The notes below the pieces were generated by a model. That model was not told where the DNA came from, ran no database searches, and saw only the letters and a list, made by a program, of their open reading frames with translations. A DNA stretch of 63,955 nt, counting the filler, from Reclinomonas americana ATCC 50394 (Eukaryota): NCBI GenBank assembly GCA_048213135.1. It is 13 parts of 13 records of this genome, joined end to end, with 100 filler letters (N's around TTAATTAATTAA, not from the genome) between each part and the next. Parts side by side here need not be neighbours in the genome. Positions count along the whole stretch, not along the records: positions 30,138 to 32,471 come from AFZH01019872.1; positions 32,572 to 37,282 come from AFZH01019874.1; positions 37,383 to 43,075 come from AFZH01019875.1; positions 43,176 to 45,880 come from AFZH01019876.1; 9 more parts are not named here. The stretch is one strand, 5' to 3'. Positions 32,193 through 45,640 of this stretch are shown here, one piece after another (the first letter of the stretch is position 1; each line of letters begins with the position of its first letter). The position numbers and the translations under genes were made by a program.

Positions 32193-35100
32193 ATGAGCGA
32201 CCAGGCGGCCATTGAGATGAGCACGCGCGTTGCAGCGCACATGCGACCACACCGCGAGTCCAGTGTGACTGCACACGCCACGTCACCCTTCCGTCGCGGT
32301 CGCATCTTGGCCGAGTTCATTGCAGCACTCATTCTCTCAGTGAGTGTCAAAGAGAGACAGAGAAAGTGAGTAAGGGATGCTAACTTGTGCTCTTTCTGTG
32401 TGTGTATGTGTGTGTCTGTGTGTGTCTGTGTGTGTGTGCGTGTGTGTGCGTGTGTGTGTGTGCCTCTGTGTNNNNNNNNNNNNNNNNNNNNNNNNNNNNN
32501 NNNNNNNNNNNNNNNTTAATTAATTAANNNNNNNNNNNNNNNNNNNNNNNNNNNNNNNNNNNNNNNNNNNNTTCCCCTCTTTTCCTCTTTTCCCCCTCTT
32601 TCCCCCTCTTTCCCCTCTTTCCCCTCTTTCCCCTCTTTCCCCTCTTTCCCCCTCTTTCCCCCTCTTCCCCAATCTGTTTCCTCTCTCCTTCCCCTCCCCT
32701 CTCCCTTCCCCTCTCCCTCCCCTCTTTCCCCCTCACTTCTCCTTCTCCCTTTTCCCATCCCTCTCACGCCGCAGGTCGAGCGCCTGATCACCTCCTACCC
32801 CGACGACGGAGTCACGGTGCTCTCCGACGAGGACATTGCCGGCAACAACTACAAGGGTAAGCCGAGCGATTTCACCCGCCATCTCATCTCTCCTCTCACC
32901 ATCCACCTCAGCCATTCCGGTCAACGCCACCGTCAGCGACGCCATGATTCCCGCCTTTGTGCAAAAGATGCACCCGCGAACTGGAGAGGTTGCGTCGTGT
33001 CTCGGCGCATTGTATCGACACGCTCGTCGCCACTCATTTTGCAGATGCAGTCCTTCTCGTCCACCACCAACTTGTACAAGCGCGTGGAGGGTCTCCTCGG
33101 CACCGTCATGCCTGACCGCCTCCGACAGTCGAACAACTGGGTGCGCGAGATTTGGTGAATGCTGCGCTGGCAAAAACTCATTTCTTTTGTGTGAAAACAG
33201 GTGGTGGGCAAGAACACCAAATCCGGCAAGCCCCTGCTGGCCAACGGTGCGTGCGGAGGGAGATGATGCGCAGCCCTGTTGCTGTTTCTGACGAGTTCAT
33301 GATGCAGACCCGCATCTGGAACTCACGCTGCCGTCAATCTGGATCCTCAACCATTTGCGCTCGGCCAACTTTGAGGTCATTGGCGCTGCATTCCCTGGTT
33401 TGTGGATTAATCACTGTGTGCTTTTGTCGCTAGTGCGTGGCTCAAGGCAATTGTGCGCGACAGGTGCTCCGGGTGTGATTATTGGTCGCAATGAAGTGAT
33501 TGCGTGGGGAGTGACCAATGCCGGTACTGATGTGCAGGCGAGTGTGGATTGAGGCAGCCTTGCTCCTCATGAAATCCTCTCACATACCACTACAGGACCA
33601 CTTTATCATGGACGGCACCGCCACCCAGTACAAGTGAGTTGTTGACTGGCGCTGCTCCTCCTTCTTTCTCACTTCTCACTCGCTCATCAGGCACGAGGGC
33701 GAGATGAAGCCGTACACCATGCGACAGGTCCGTTTCCTTACTGTGGTGTTGTTGTCGATCTTGTTTCTTCTTTCTTCCTCTCTTCGTCTTCTCTTCCTCG
33801 TTCTGCGCTTACTCCTCCTCTCCTCGTTGTGTTCTTCCATTTCCTTCATTCTGTTGCGCTCTTTCGCAGCACTCACTTTCGTGATCGCAGGAGGTGATCA
33901 AGATCAAGGGAAAGAGCTCGGTGAGTGCCGCTCGCTTGCTTTTCCGGGCAACTAAATCATCGTTGCTCACCGCCTCGTTGTCGCAGAAAACCATCCAAGT
34001 CCGCGAGTCCGTGTACGGTCCCGTGATCAATGAAGAGGGCGTGACTTCAAGCGGCGAGCAGCCTCTGTGCTTGCACTGGATCGGACTGTTCCCGGGTGAC
34101 ACGACGTTGCGTGTGCGGTGTCGGACGGTGGTCGTTGATGAGCAGCACGCTGACGGTATCATGCGCAGCCTCGATTCAATGTACAAGATGGCGCGTGCGG
34201 CCAGCTGGGCCGATTTTGAGGATGCCTTGCGGTCGTACACGGCACCGGCTCAGGTCTTGCTGTCTTGCTGCAGTTGTTTGCTGTTGGTGGTCACTTACAC
34301 GCTTTGCGATTGCAGAACTTTGTGTATGCCGACGTCAAGGTTTGACATGAGTTGTGTGCTTGCTGTGTTGGATTTGTTGCTGATTGGCTCTCTCCACTTG
34401 CAGGGCAATTTTGGTTATCGCACGAGTGGACTGGTGCCCGTTCGCAGTTGCGTTTGGACAAACAGCGCGGAGCATGATCATTTTTCCGTTCTTCCTCCGC
34501 AGAGGGAGAGGGGCAGGCAGCGAGACGTAAGGATCTTCTCTCCTTCCCCGTTTTCTTTCAAGTCGCACCCATCGTTCTCTTCCCAGTCCCTTCCCTCAAT
34601 CCCTTCCCATCCCCTTCCTCCTCAATCTCTTCTCTCTTCTCCTTCCCCCTCCCTTCCCATTCCCCCTTTCCTTCCTACTCCCTTCCCATTCCCGCTTCCC
34701 TTCCCCTTCCCCTTCCTCCTCAATCCCTCCGCTCTTCTCCTTCCTCTTCAGTCCTTTCTCTCTTCTCCCTTCCTCCTCAATCCTCATCCCCTTCCCTTCT
34801 CCCTCCCTTCCGATTCCCGCTTCCCTTGCGTTCCCTTTTTTTCAATCCCTTCCCCTTCCTCTTCAATCCTTTCTCTCTTCTTCCTTCCTCCTCCCTTCCC
34901 TTTCCTCCTTCCTTGCCTTCCCCTTCCCCTTCAATCCCTACCCCTTCCCTTGCGTTCCCTTTTTTCCCATCCCTTCCCCTTCCTCTTCAGTCCTTTCTCT
35001 CTCTTCCCTTCCTCCTCAATCCTCATCCCCTCCTCCATCGCTTTTCCCTTCCCCTTCCCTTCCCCTTCAATCCCTTCACCCTCCCCTCAATCCCTCCCGC

Positions 35101-37795
35101 TTCATTCCCCAGACGGTTACTCCGGCAAGTACCCCGCCCCTGGCAACGGCGATTTCAAGTGGGTCCAGTTCCTTCCATTCGGTACGCAGCATCCCACTTT
35201 CCCTCTCCCTCCCTCGTTCCTTTTTCTCACCCACCGCCACAGACCAAATGCCATACACCCTCAACCCGGCCAAGGGCTACGTCGTCTCCGCCAACAACAA
35301 GATCACGCCAAACTCGTACCCGCACACGATTGCCACCGACTGGGAGGATCCCTACCGGTACGCTCCCCATCGCATGTCCTTTCTTTGTGCAATCCTCGCC
35401 AACCAACTTTGGCACAGCGCTCAGCAAATCACCAACATGCTCACCTCGCAAATTGCCCGTGGTCGAGTGTCACGCGAAGACATGGCCGCCATCCAAATGA
35501 GCCAGCACTCGCTGTTCTTTGACGCCGTCAAGCCGCTGCTGATGGGCTATCAGGCCAAGGCCGTCGTCAAGTGGTTTGCTCGCGACATCTTTGTGATATG
35601 ATGATTTTGCTTGTCGTCGACTCATTTGTGTGATTGCAGCTCGGCGCAAGCTTCCGATTTCTTCTCCGTTATTGGCGCGCACAATGGTGACGCGACGGTG
35701 GGCTCGTTTGGGCCGACGTACTTTGCCATGTGGTGCGTGTGCGATGGAGGTGTGTTGTTGGGAAGGATCAAGATGCTGACCCACCGCAGGTATCGCTCGA
35801 TTGCGCGAGTGGCCGCCAAGCGCACCGGGGAGACGTATTGGAGGTGTGTGGTGGGAGGTCAAGGGGGAGGGAGGGAGAAAGAAGAGAGAGAGGAAAGTGA
35901 GAGAACAATGTGTCATGCTGACGTGTACTCGCGAAAGAGAATGCGAATGAGACGGACGAAGAGAAGAATCAGTGACTGCAATCTTTGCAACTGAGAAAGA
36001 TAGAGGGTATCGACGAAAAGAGCTTGAGTGTGTGGAGAGTAGAGGAGACAGAGAACGGGGAAGAGAGCGCTGGCAATTGAGGGCGTGGGAAAGCAGCGTA
36101 TTTGCTCACAATTGCAAAGAAGTAATCACATGTGAATCGGGGCGCAGTCTCTGCCACATTCTCTCACGCTCACATTCTTTTTTCCGCTCACTCACTCTCT
36201 CGTACGCGCCCATTCTCACAAACCCACTCACTCGATCACTTTTTCCACCCTTTCAATGTCTCTCGCTCTCTCTCTCTCCGCCTCTCCTCCTCACTCTCTT
36301 GCACCCTGTGTTAAATGCCTGATTGCATCTGTTTGGCGTTCTGTGCTGGTGCATGAGAGCTGGAGATCTCATTGCACGAGTAATGGTTGTTGTGATTTTT
36401 TGGAGTTGGAAGACCAAGAGCAATCTCGTGTCCTTTCCTTCTATTATTCGCTCGTTCTATTCCCATGCCCACGCCTTTGCGTGTCCTCTTTCCCTCCCTT
36501 GCCATGCTCACTGCCTCTCCTTTTGCCTTCCCCGCAGGGACCTCGGATTCACACTTTCCGGTTCGTATTCCAGCTCTCCCCCCGTTCCCCTGTCCACATT
36601 GGCGCCTCACTTTGCATCGTAGTCCTGAAGACTCCCGCCGACTACGACACCTACTGCCTGGCCGACTTTGGAGTGACGTGCGAACAAGCGATCGTCCAAT
36701 CGGTGTGCGAGGCTGCGACGGCGGCCAAGGGTCACGCGTGGGGCAAGGATGTTGCGTCGTCGCCAATCTCTCTTTCTGGTGATGCACAGACCTTTTCTCA
36801 CCTGCCGTGCGCTACAGGAGCACATTATGATGATTTCACACCGAGTGCTGGGCCAGTCTTCTCTGGCCTGCTGCGCCAACCGTGCGGTCGGTGTCGGCGG
36901 CGATCAGTGGACGTGCGTTACTGCTGCACTCGAAGCTCCTTCCCTTGGTTTGAACCAAGAGTCTATGTCTGTGTTGCAGTCCAAACGTGTCGGCGTACAC
37001 ACTGCGAAGCGATATGCACTTTGAGTCGCACCACGGCGCCTCGTATCGACAGATTGTCGACCTCGGTTCTCCAGAATCAAGGTGCGGCCTTCGTCACTAT
37101 GCACTGCACTCTCTCGTTCACAGCCTTCTGCACTCAATCAATGCACCCATATTCTTGCACTCACTCACTCTGTCACGCACACGCTCTGGCAGCACTCTCT
37201 CCCCCACTCACTCCCCCACCCCCACTCACTCCCCCGCCCTTACTCGCTCCCCCACTCTTCCCCCACTCTTCCCCCACTCACTNNNNNNNNNNNNNNNNNN
37301 NNNNNNNNNNNNNNNNNNNNNNNNNNTTAATTAATTAANNNNNNNNNNNNNNNNNNNNNNNNNNNNNNNNNNNNNNNNNNNNCCCACCTCCACTCCCCTA
37401 CCTCACTCCCCACCTCCACTCCCCACCTCCACTCCCCACCTCACTCCCCCACTCACTCCCCCACTCCCTCTTCCCACTCACTCCCCCACTCACTCTTCCC
37501 CTTCCTCCCTCTCACAAACTCTCCCCCTTGCCCCTTCCTCCTTCCCTCCCCCTTCTCTGTGCAGCATGTTCGTGCTGCCTGCCGGGCAGTCGGGACACCT
37601 GCTGAGCCCGCAGTACGACGACCAGATTAGCTTGTGGTTGTCGGGCCAGTATCTGCAGTTGCGTTGCCATTTCGATTCTTTTCTTCCCTCTGCAGCAGAG
37701 CTGATTCTCGTGGCACCCCCAGAATGGACATTGTGTCGTTTGATGCGGTCAAGGAACTTGATCTGGTGCCGCCGAACTACACGCCGGGCATGTAG
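32193..37795 (+). CDS. Penicillin acylase / AHL-acylase family Ntn-hydrolase (peptidase S45), many small exons; most of the alpha subunit lies in a gap
   Basis: Spliced: SNNW|VVGKNTKSGKPLLAN|DPHLELTLPSIW..GAAFP|GAPGVIIGRNEVIAWGVTNAGTDVQ|D; ESVYGPVI; APAQ|NFVYADVK|GNFGYRTSGLVPVR; NPAKGYVVSANNK; LPAGQSGHLLSPQYDDQISLW. Catalytic Ser codon at 33129; stop TAG 37793-37795. Exon 1 (32193-32339) is inferred across the gap. Confidence 0.93.
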
Positions 37796-37895
37796 TATCG
37801 CGTCTAGAAAAGGAAGATGTAATGGCGTGCGCACAGAATCGTTTTGCATTGTTTTTTCTCTCGCTCTCCTCTCCTTTCCTATTTTGTATGGACTC

Positions 37896-40800
37896 TTAAA
37901 CTGTGCCACCTGATGACGATGGACCGCTCGCGAGCTTCTGGGTGATCATGCTGTACGTGTCCACGATGATGGCATTGTCGGGATCGTCGACCGGTGCCGC
38001 GCCGTGCTCGTCCACCAGCAGCATGTTGAATTCGATGGCTGCCGTGCTCCACTTTTCCGCACTGCCAAATTGACTCAGTCTGCGGAGAGGATAAAGTGAG
38101 CGATCGCTGCGTTTTCGACGTGGCACTGAAAGCACTCACCGATACAGCTGGTATGCGGCGTTGTGGCAGAGTGCTCTCAGATCTTTCACAGCCGCCACCG
38201 CCGTCGACGAGTCCACCGCAATCGCTGTCAGTGGCATACCGCCACGCTGTTGCATGCGCTGTGCAGAACGATAAAATCAGTCAAAGATCGTGCACTTGCA
38301 GGCTCTCAATCTCGTCAATGGCCGCGCACACCGTCCGAGACAAGACCCTTGCTCTCTCTCTCTCTCTCGCTAACCTGCTGGCACTCTTGCAGCACGAGTT
38401 GCATGTACGGAACACAAGCCGCCGATTGATGTTGCACCGCGCAAAGTCGCTCCACCGTTGTCACTGTCAACACAGTCAGCACATATTGCACAAAAGCACC
38501 ATGCTCGGCAACGCACCAACAGCAGGCAGGTCGAGTGCGTTGCCGCCACGCAACAGCACTTGGAGACAATGCTCCAACACCAGTCGAGAAGTCTCTGCAG
38601 GTGCTTCCATCGTAAGAGGGAATGCCCGGATGGAGACAACTTACATGCCTTACCAAAGCGTTGTGGATTGTCCGAGTCCGCCAGCACGAGGCCGGCCACG
38701 TTGCCGAACAGTAGAGTTGGATTCAACAGTGGCGATGCGGTGGGACAACTGGCCAACCACCGCGGTACATCCAGCCTGCCGAGCCCACTCAGTGCCTCAA
38801 ACTGGAAGCTCAGCGCCGAATGCAGTGCTGAAGATCGCCGATCGCCGTTCATCGCGTCACTGTGCATCGCGGTGGTTAGCAGTGAGAGCACAGTGTCCAC
38901 GTGCTTGGTGTATTCACACAGAACTCAGGCTGGTGTCGCAGAAGAAAGTTCAGCACAGTCTCGCACTTGTCGAGCACCAGCTGCCACTTTGCACTTCCAA
39001 GCTGAGTGCGCAAGGTGAGTCGAGGAGCAGCGTACGCCGAGCATTATTGCAGAGGCGCACCTCGCTGTGCCCTCCTCGAGCCGCCTGGGAGGCTGCGGCA
39101 ATCAGTCGCATCATCGCCGTCAGCCGGCGCTCGTCACTCGCATCGCCGGCTTCGTCGACAAACGTGCACCACTGTAACGCACACTCTGTTACGACACTGT
39201 GATGACAATGTGAGCGCACGTACATACCTCCAGAAACAGCTGTGCACACTCGACGATCATCTCGCAGTCACGCCTCTCGCATACCACGGCACTGGCAGTG
39301 AAGGAAGTTCAGTAGAAATACAGCGAGTGAGAGCATGGTGAGCTTGTCGCAACAGCAAGTTCCAGGCAGCATCGCGAAACCACGGTGTGTGCTGGAAGGG
39401 TACACCATCGGCGGCCATTGATAGCTGCACGGCTTGGCGGAGCAGTGCAATGGCACGGCTGTCATCCCCATGACCGCTGCGCTCGGGCACGTGAGAATAC
39501 GAGACGACACCGAAGTGAACTGTCTCTCCTCCGCAAACCTCGCAAGATGTTGTGCCACAAGAGACTTGAGGACAGAGGCACGATCGTCTGCCGACAATGC
39601 ATCCATGTCCAACAGCCCCTCCAGCGCAAACACGGCCACCTCTGTCATGCCGCTCTGTGATGCGATGAAGTGTGAGTGAAATACAAAGAGCGAATGACAA
39701 CATTGACATGCATGCCTTCTGCGCCCGACCCGCCATGAGCAGATACACATCCGAGTCGAACGATGAACACTGTCCAATGGTGCGGATCTCGTGCAGAGCT
39801 GCGTAGACATGAGGTGAGCACGGAAGGGGAAGAGCAGCGCTTGGCAAGCAGCACCACTTACCGGCCTGAACATTCTCACGAAGCACAGCAATCTCGAATC
39901 GCAGAACGCAGGCGAGGGAGGTGCCCGGCTGCGTGAGGCAATACAGTGAGAAGGCTCCACAAGCAAACAAGGGACCGACAAGGAGCGCCACGAAGACTCG
40001 CAAAATGGACCAAATGCAACTTTAGTGAGACACAATAATGAAAAGGAGGAGGCAGAGACAATGTTGACGACAGCTGCGCAACGATATGAAGCACCTACAA
40101 TCTCTCACTCACGCACGTGCAGCAAAACAAGAGGAAACAATCCCTCACCCGCACATATGCAGCAAAACAAGAAGAATCAATCTCCCACTCGCGTACATGC
40201 AACAAACAAGAAGAAAAAATGTTTCACTCACACATATGCAACAAAACAAGAAGAAACAATCTCCCACTCACCCACATGCAACAAAACAAGAGGAAACAAT
40301 ATCCCACTCACACACATGCAGGAAAACACAAAAGATCGATGTCTCACTCACTTGCACACATGCAACAAATCAAGAAGAAACAGTCTCTCACTCACGCACA
40401 TGCAGCAAACGAGTAGAAACAATGTCTCACTCGTGCACATACAACAATACAAGAAGAAACAATGTCTCACTCGCGTACATACAACAAGCACGAAGGAACA
40501 ATCTCTCACTCACGCACATGCAACTACTGCAGAAAGAACTGTTTGTTCCACTTCCTCTCCAATCCTCTCCCTCCTTTCCCAACCTCCCACTCACCTGCAT
40601 CAGCTCACTGACATGCACACACTGCGCCGCGGCATCCACATTGTGAGTGGCGAGGTGCAAGCGACAGTTCTCTCTGCGCCAGAAAATGCAGAGCATGAGT
40701 TCACACTGGCAGGCAACTCTTCCGCTTTCAATCTGCTCACCGCAAAATGCACGCCGACAAGTGCCGGCAATTGTCATCCGCGGGGTCCAGCAAGCGCAGC

Positions 40801-43800
40801 GCCAATGAGTGCCACGAAATGATGCTCTCGCACAGTTGCATGTTGGGTGGCGTCGACTGCCAGCGTATATCAGCTCACAGACAAGAACTGAGCAGACTCC
40901 CAACCCGACACACGTACCTCCTCATCGTGCAGGCCTGCCTCGCGCACCACCTGGCTCGTGCGCGACCACACCAGCTGGCACACGTGCTGTACCTGCGCTG
41001 CAGTCAGCTGATGCTCGCCACTCTCATGCAACTGCACCAGTCGCTGAAGCACGGTGATGGAAGGTGGCCATCTGCGGCAAATGAGTGTGAGCGCCAGAGC
41101 AGGGAGCACTAGTTGAAGGGCTGCTGTCCACGAACTCGTCGAGCAGCTGTTTCTCCAGCAAGCCAATGCGTGCCTCAGCCAGCTGCGGAATCGTGCCACC
41201 AGTGCCGCCGCGTTCCCACCGGCTAATGACTGACACATACAAAGCCACGCTGGCATCCTCACTGCGCAGACAATCAGAAGAGAGAAAGGCTGCAAGAAGG
41301 CAAGAATCACGCAACATGCCACTCTCCCACATCAGCTGACACACGGCCACGGCACTGATTGAAAAGAAAGGGTCAGCTTCGTCAGCAGAGTCAACACTCT
41401 TTCGAGAGCGCGACGCAACATGGGCGGTGGGCACATCATGTCGTTGACCAAGGCACTGGCAAGTGATTGTGCTTCGTCGATGCGACCCAGACGGAGCAGG
41501 AGCCGCAGATGCAGATACTGGTTGCTGGCATTGGCTTGCAACTGCACATAATTCAGCTCAACAGAGACTCCGCAAACACATTAAGGATTAACACGCACCC
41601 GCTGTGCCTCACGGCACGTTGCGATAGCATCCTCCAAATCTCCCATCTCCAGCATCACCAGCGCCTGCAGGCGGCACAGCGCAGCGTGTCGGTCCGCTGA
41701 CTCGCTGACCACGCGCACAAAGACGAGAAGGTGAGCTGGAACGATGGATCAAGTGATCCGTGCAGCAGACACAACTTCGGCGACAGACGAGACCACAGCG
41801 GCTCGAGCTGCTCACACGTTGTGTGCAGCACCGACAACGCCATTTCGAGCTGGTGGGCGCGGTACATGCGTGAAGCCAGCGGAAGAATGTGCTCCACGGC
41901 GGCGCCCACCAGTGCGGGCGGCAGTGCGGGAAGCAGTGTCTGCAGCTGAGAGATGCTGTCGAGGCACCAGTCGGCGAGTGAAAAGTCAAGGGCCTGTGCG
42001 AGGACAAAGTAAATGACAGCAGGCCGCATGAGGGAAGAGACGACAGCAACGAACCCATGTGGCTTGCGATGTCAGCAAGTCGAATCCGGCCAGCAGCACA
42101 AACTGGTCAGGGTCGTGCAGCTCCTTTCGCCGAGCAATGTCCCAGATCTGTGCAGCGGGGAAGGGAGAGGAAAGGATGAAGTCTCGCCAGCCAGCAAGGG
42201 AGGGAGCAAAGATGTCGTTTTGATCAGCAAAGAAGATACAGATCAGGTGTCTCCCATTGCTCTTCTCCAGCATGCCCTTCTGCAACATGCTCTTCCCCAA
42301 CATACTCTTCTCAAAAATAGTTCATGCCGCACAGTAACAATGAAACCCCAAGGACTATCCAGCTCCTCTCATCATCTACTTGATGGCCCGTACCCTCACG
42401 CAACAAACGAAAAGCAGAGACTCTCTTCTCATGTCTACATGATGGCTCGTACTCTCATGGACAGCACAACAACAAACAGGAAAGCACAGACTCTCCTGCT
42501 CTTCCCATCGTCTGATTGATTGTCTGTGCCCACAAGCACAGCATTGCAACGCACAGACTCTCTTCTCATCGTCTACCTGATGATCCGTGCCCTCACGTAC
42601 TGCACAGCAACAAACAAGAAAGCACAGACTCTCCTGCTCCTCTCATCGTGTACTTGATGGTCTGCACCCTCACGGACAGCATAAAAACAAATGAGAAAGT
42701 GGCAGCCTCTCATCTTCCACCTGATGGTCCGTGCACAGAACCAAGCTTCCTTCCTCAGCCCCGACTCACCATCATGGCGCTTTCGACACACGCTCGGCAC
42801 CGCTGCGGCTCCTCGCACTCTACAACAGCGATAAGTGAGCTCATGAGAGAACTGGAGCACCTGCTCGCAAAAAGCAACCTGCCCACAGCGCCGCCGTTCG
42901 CGTGTACTGTCGCACGAGGCCAGCAGCCGTGTGCACCTCCCGGGCACACCGTTCGCCACCAAGAAACTGCAGATCGCAGGCCATGTTGCATACTGACGCA
43001 CGAGTTGGTGGAGGGGAAGGAGGGAAAGAGGGGGAAGGAGGGGAAGGCGGGGAAGGAGGGGAAGGTGAGGCAAGANNNNNNNNNNNNNNNNNNNNNNNNN
43101 NNNNNNNNNNNNNNNNNNNTTAATTAATTAANNNNNNNNNNNNNNNNNNNNNNNNNNNNNNNNNNNNNNNNNNNNGGAAGGAGGGGAAGGAGGGGAAAGG
43201 AGAGGAAGGAGGGGAAGGAGGGGAAGGAGGGGAAGGAGGGGAAGGAGGGGAAGGAGGAGAAAGGAGGGGAAGGAGAGGGGAAGGAGAAGGGGAAGGAGAG
43301 GGGAAGGAGAGAAGAAAGAGAAGGGAGGGTGCAGTGGAGAGGAGAACAAGCAGGAGAAGGAGGCAAAGGTGGACAATGAGGTCAGAAAAGAACAACGAGG
43401 ACAAGAATGAGAAATCTGGAAAGAAGGGGAAGCATGAGAAAAGGGGACGAGGGAAGAAGAAACAGAAGAGAGAAGGGAGCGGCAGAGTAGGGGGTACAAG
43501 GAGAAGACAAAGAGGTGAAGGTGGAGAAAGAGGAGAGATTGTGAAGGAGAACCAGTGAAAGAGAAAAAGGGAGCAATGAAGAAAGAGCTGAACGAGGAGA
43601 AGGTGGAGAAGGAGGGGAAGGAGGGGGAAGGAGGGGGAAGGAGGGGGAAGGTGGAGAGGAGTACGCACAGCTGTCTAGCACACCTTCTGTGACCTCCGCC
43701 GCCGTCAACAGCTGCTGCTGTCGCAACTCGAGACACCGCCGGAAAATTCGCACGCCTGCACACCGCGATCATGAAACGCCCACCTCCAAAACGACGACTT

Positions 43801-43973
43801 GCCCCTTTCCACCTCTCCCCACCTGCATGATAGAGCTCCGCAAACTGCGAGTCAGAGAGCGTCGGCAATCCACTAATGTGCCGCCTCAACGCATCCTGTG
43901 CCTCACAAAACGCACTGGCGCCCTCCTCCTCGCTCACATCCGCCACCAACAGCACCTCAGCAGCCTCTGTCAT
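37896..43973 (-). CDS. ZIP4: Meiotic ZMM TPR protein ZIP4/SPO22/TEX11-like
   Basis: WFRDAAWNLLLR resembles TEX11 WFRKTAWNLA; LCHNAAYQLYR|LSQFGSAEKW resembles the TEX11 C-terminal WN.G....SKYASAEKW; N-terminal ELYHAG|VRIFRRC; helical-repeat character throughout. The 5' exons lie across gap 43076-43175. Confidence 0.78.
40097..40525. repeat. Intronic minisatellite, ~40-bp unit, about 11 copies
   Basis: Unit approximately acaatctctcactcacgcacatgcaacaaaacaagaagaa, repeated without unique spacers inside a ZIP4 intron. Confidence 0.9.
42258..42735. repeat. Degenerate intronic tandem repeats (15-bp x4, then a ~60-75-bp unit x5-6)
   Basis: gctcttctccagcat-like units at ~42259-42320; ctctcttctcat..tac.tgatgg..cgt.ccctcac..caac.aaca.gaaagcacaga units at ~42355-42735. 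Confidence 0.7.
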
Positions 43974-44153
43974 TGCAGTGAGACAAGCGCACAAGCAAAC
44001 AAGCAAACAAAGAGAGACACGCACCAAGAACACCCTGCAACGCCATCGCTCTCCCACTCTCACTTCAACTCGGTTTTTTTGCACGAAAGTGACGTCATCA
44101 TCAGCATTTGTCCGTGTTCACTTCCTGCAAATTTTCATCGATTTGTGTATATA

Positions 44154-45640
44154 TCACTCCACCTTGCGATGATCGCCACTCTGTTCCGCGACTGCGTGGC
44201 GACGGCTGCTGCCGCCGCCGAGCTTGGCGCGTCGCTGAGCAAACATGTGCATCATCATCTTGGGCGACAGGACCGGATAGAGGGCCAGCAGGAAGCGCAG
44301 GCAGAGGCCGTAGTCGAAGACGACGTTCCATGTGTTGGGCAGGGTCCAGGTGAACAGGCGGAAGAGCTCGACGTATTTGAGGCTGTACCAGATGACGCCG
44401 GCTGGAAGGGGAAGGGGGTGGGGTGAGAGGGGGAAAGGGACAAAGGGAAAGGGGGAGAACGGGGAAGGGAGAAGGAGAAGGAGAGGCGGGCAGGGAGGGG
44501 AAGAATACGAAGGAATAAGGAGAAGGCAAAAGGGAAGACGAGAAGGTGAGAAAAGGGGGAAAGAGAAGGGAGAGGAGTGAGCAACACGAGGCTTGCAGTA
44601 TTGCGCGAAGGGAGAGTGCCTTATGGATTGTGAGGATCTCAGAGCGAAGGGAGAGGATTTTGCAAGAGGAGGTGAGGGTCTGGAGACGCATGAGCCAGGG
44701 TTGTGAAAGTGAAACGAAATACGGGCGAGCACGAATCGAAGAGCTTGTTCCGAGAGTGATTGATGCGGAAAGACTGACAAGAGAGAAGTATGGGCACAAG
44801 CTAATGGCTATTGCTCGCTGCTGCTGCACGGATTGCAAAAACGATTCTGCTTTAGCTACAAGAGAGAAACAGATGGAGGATATCGTGAACAATCCATCAG
44901 CTTCGGAATGATGAAACAGCGAAAGAAAGAAAGAGAGAGAGAGAGATAGATAGATAGATAGATAGAAAGAGGAACAGAGAGAGAGAGAGAGTAAGAAAGA
45001 AAGAAAGAGAGAAAGTGAGAATGAGAGAAAAAGTGAATGAGAGAAAGAGAGAAAAATAGAAAGAAAGAGGAACAGAGAGAGAGAGAGCAAATGAAGAGTG
45101 AAACGGAGATCTGCAACAAAAGGAACAGCTTCTTTCAACCAACTGTGTCACACGATGATAGCTCACTATATGGTGGTCCGTGAATGCCTCAATCTCGCTT
45201 GCAGTCGGACAAGGGAGAGGAATAACAGCAGCGTGCGACCATCAGCTTTGCACGACCATGCATTCACCCCTCACGCACCTTCCGTGACAAACCCGACGGG
45301 GTACAGCGGAATGAACAGCGAGTAGCGCAACCACAGCAGCCAATGCGGTGCGGCCGAGCCGAGAATGTACATGGGATAGCGCACAAGCTGCAACATACAT
45401 GAGCCTCAACTCCGCGTCATCTCCGCTGACCATTGCCATTCGCAAACCTCAATCATGCTCCAGGCCAGGAAGAGCGGCAGCACCCACCCGGAGGTCTGCA
45501 CCGACGGTATGCGCCACAGCAGCGCCAGCAGCACGTGATTGCGCCCAAACACTTGCATGAGGGTCGGAACAATACCGCCCGACAAGCCCATGAAAGCGTG
45601 CACGAGCTCGAGGAAGGCCATGGTCTGCAGCACGACTGAG
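44154..45640 (-). CDS. HACD: Very-long-chain 3-hydroxyacyl-CoA dehydratase (PTPLA/HACD/PHS1), 5'-partial
   Basis: LQTMAFLELVHAFMGL..TLMQVFGRNHVL..LAWSMIE; LRYSLFIPLYPVGFVTE; LPNTWNVVFDY..HMFAQRRAKLG; stop ends at 44154. Confidence 0.92.

Noticed and set aside
40097..40525. CRISPR-like periodic repeat
   Set aside because: Units abut with no unique spacers, there are no cas genes, and the context is a eukaryotic intron.
44546..44911. Complex-sequence ORF nested in a HACD intron as an inserted element
   Set aside because: No recognisable domain, terminal repeats or target-site duplication could be identified.
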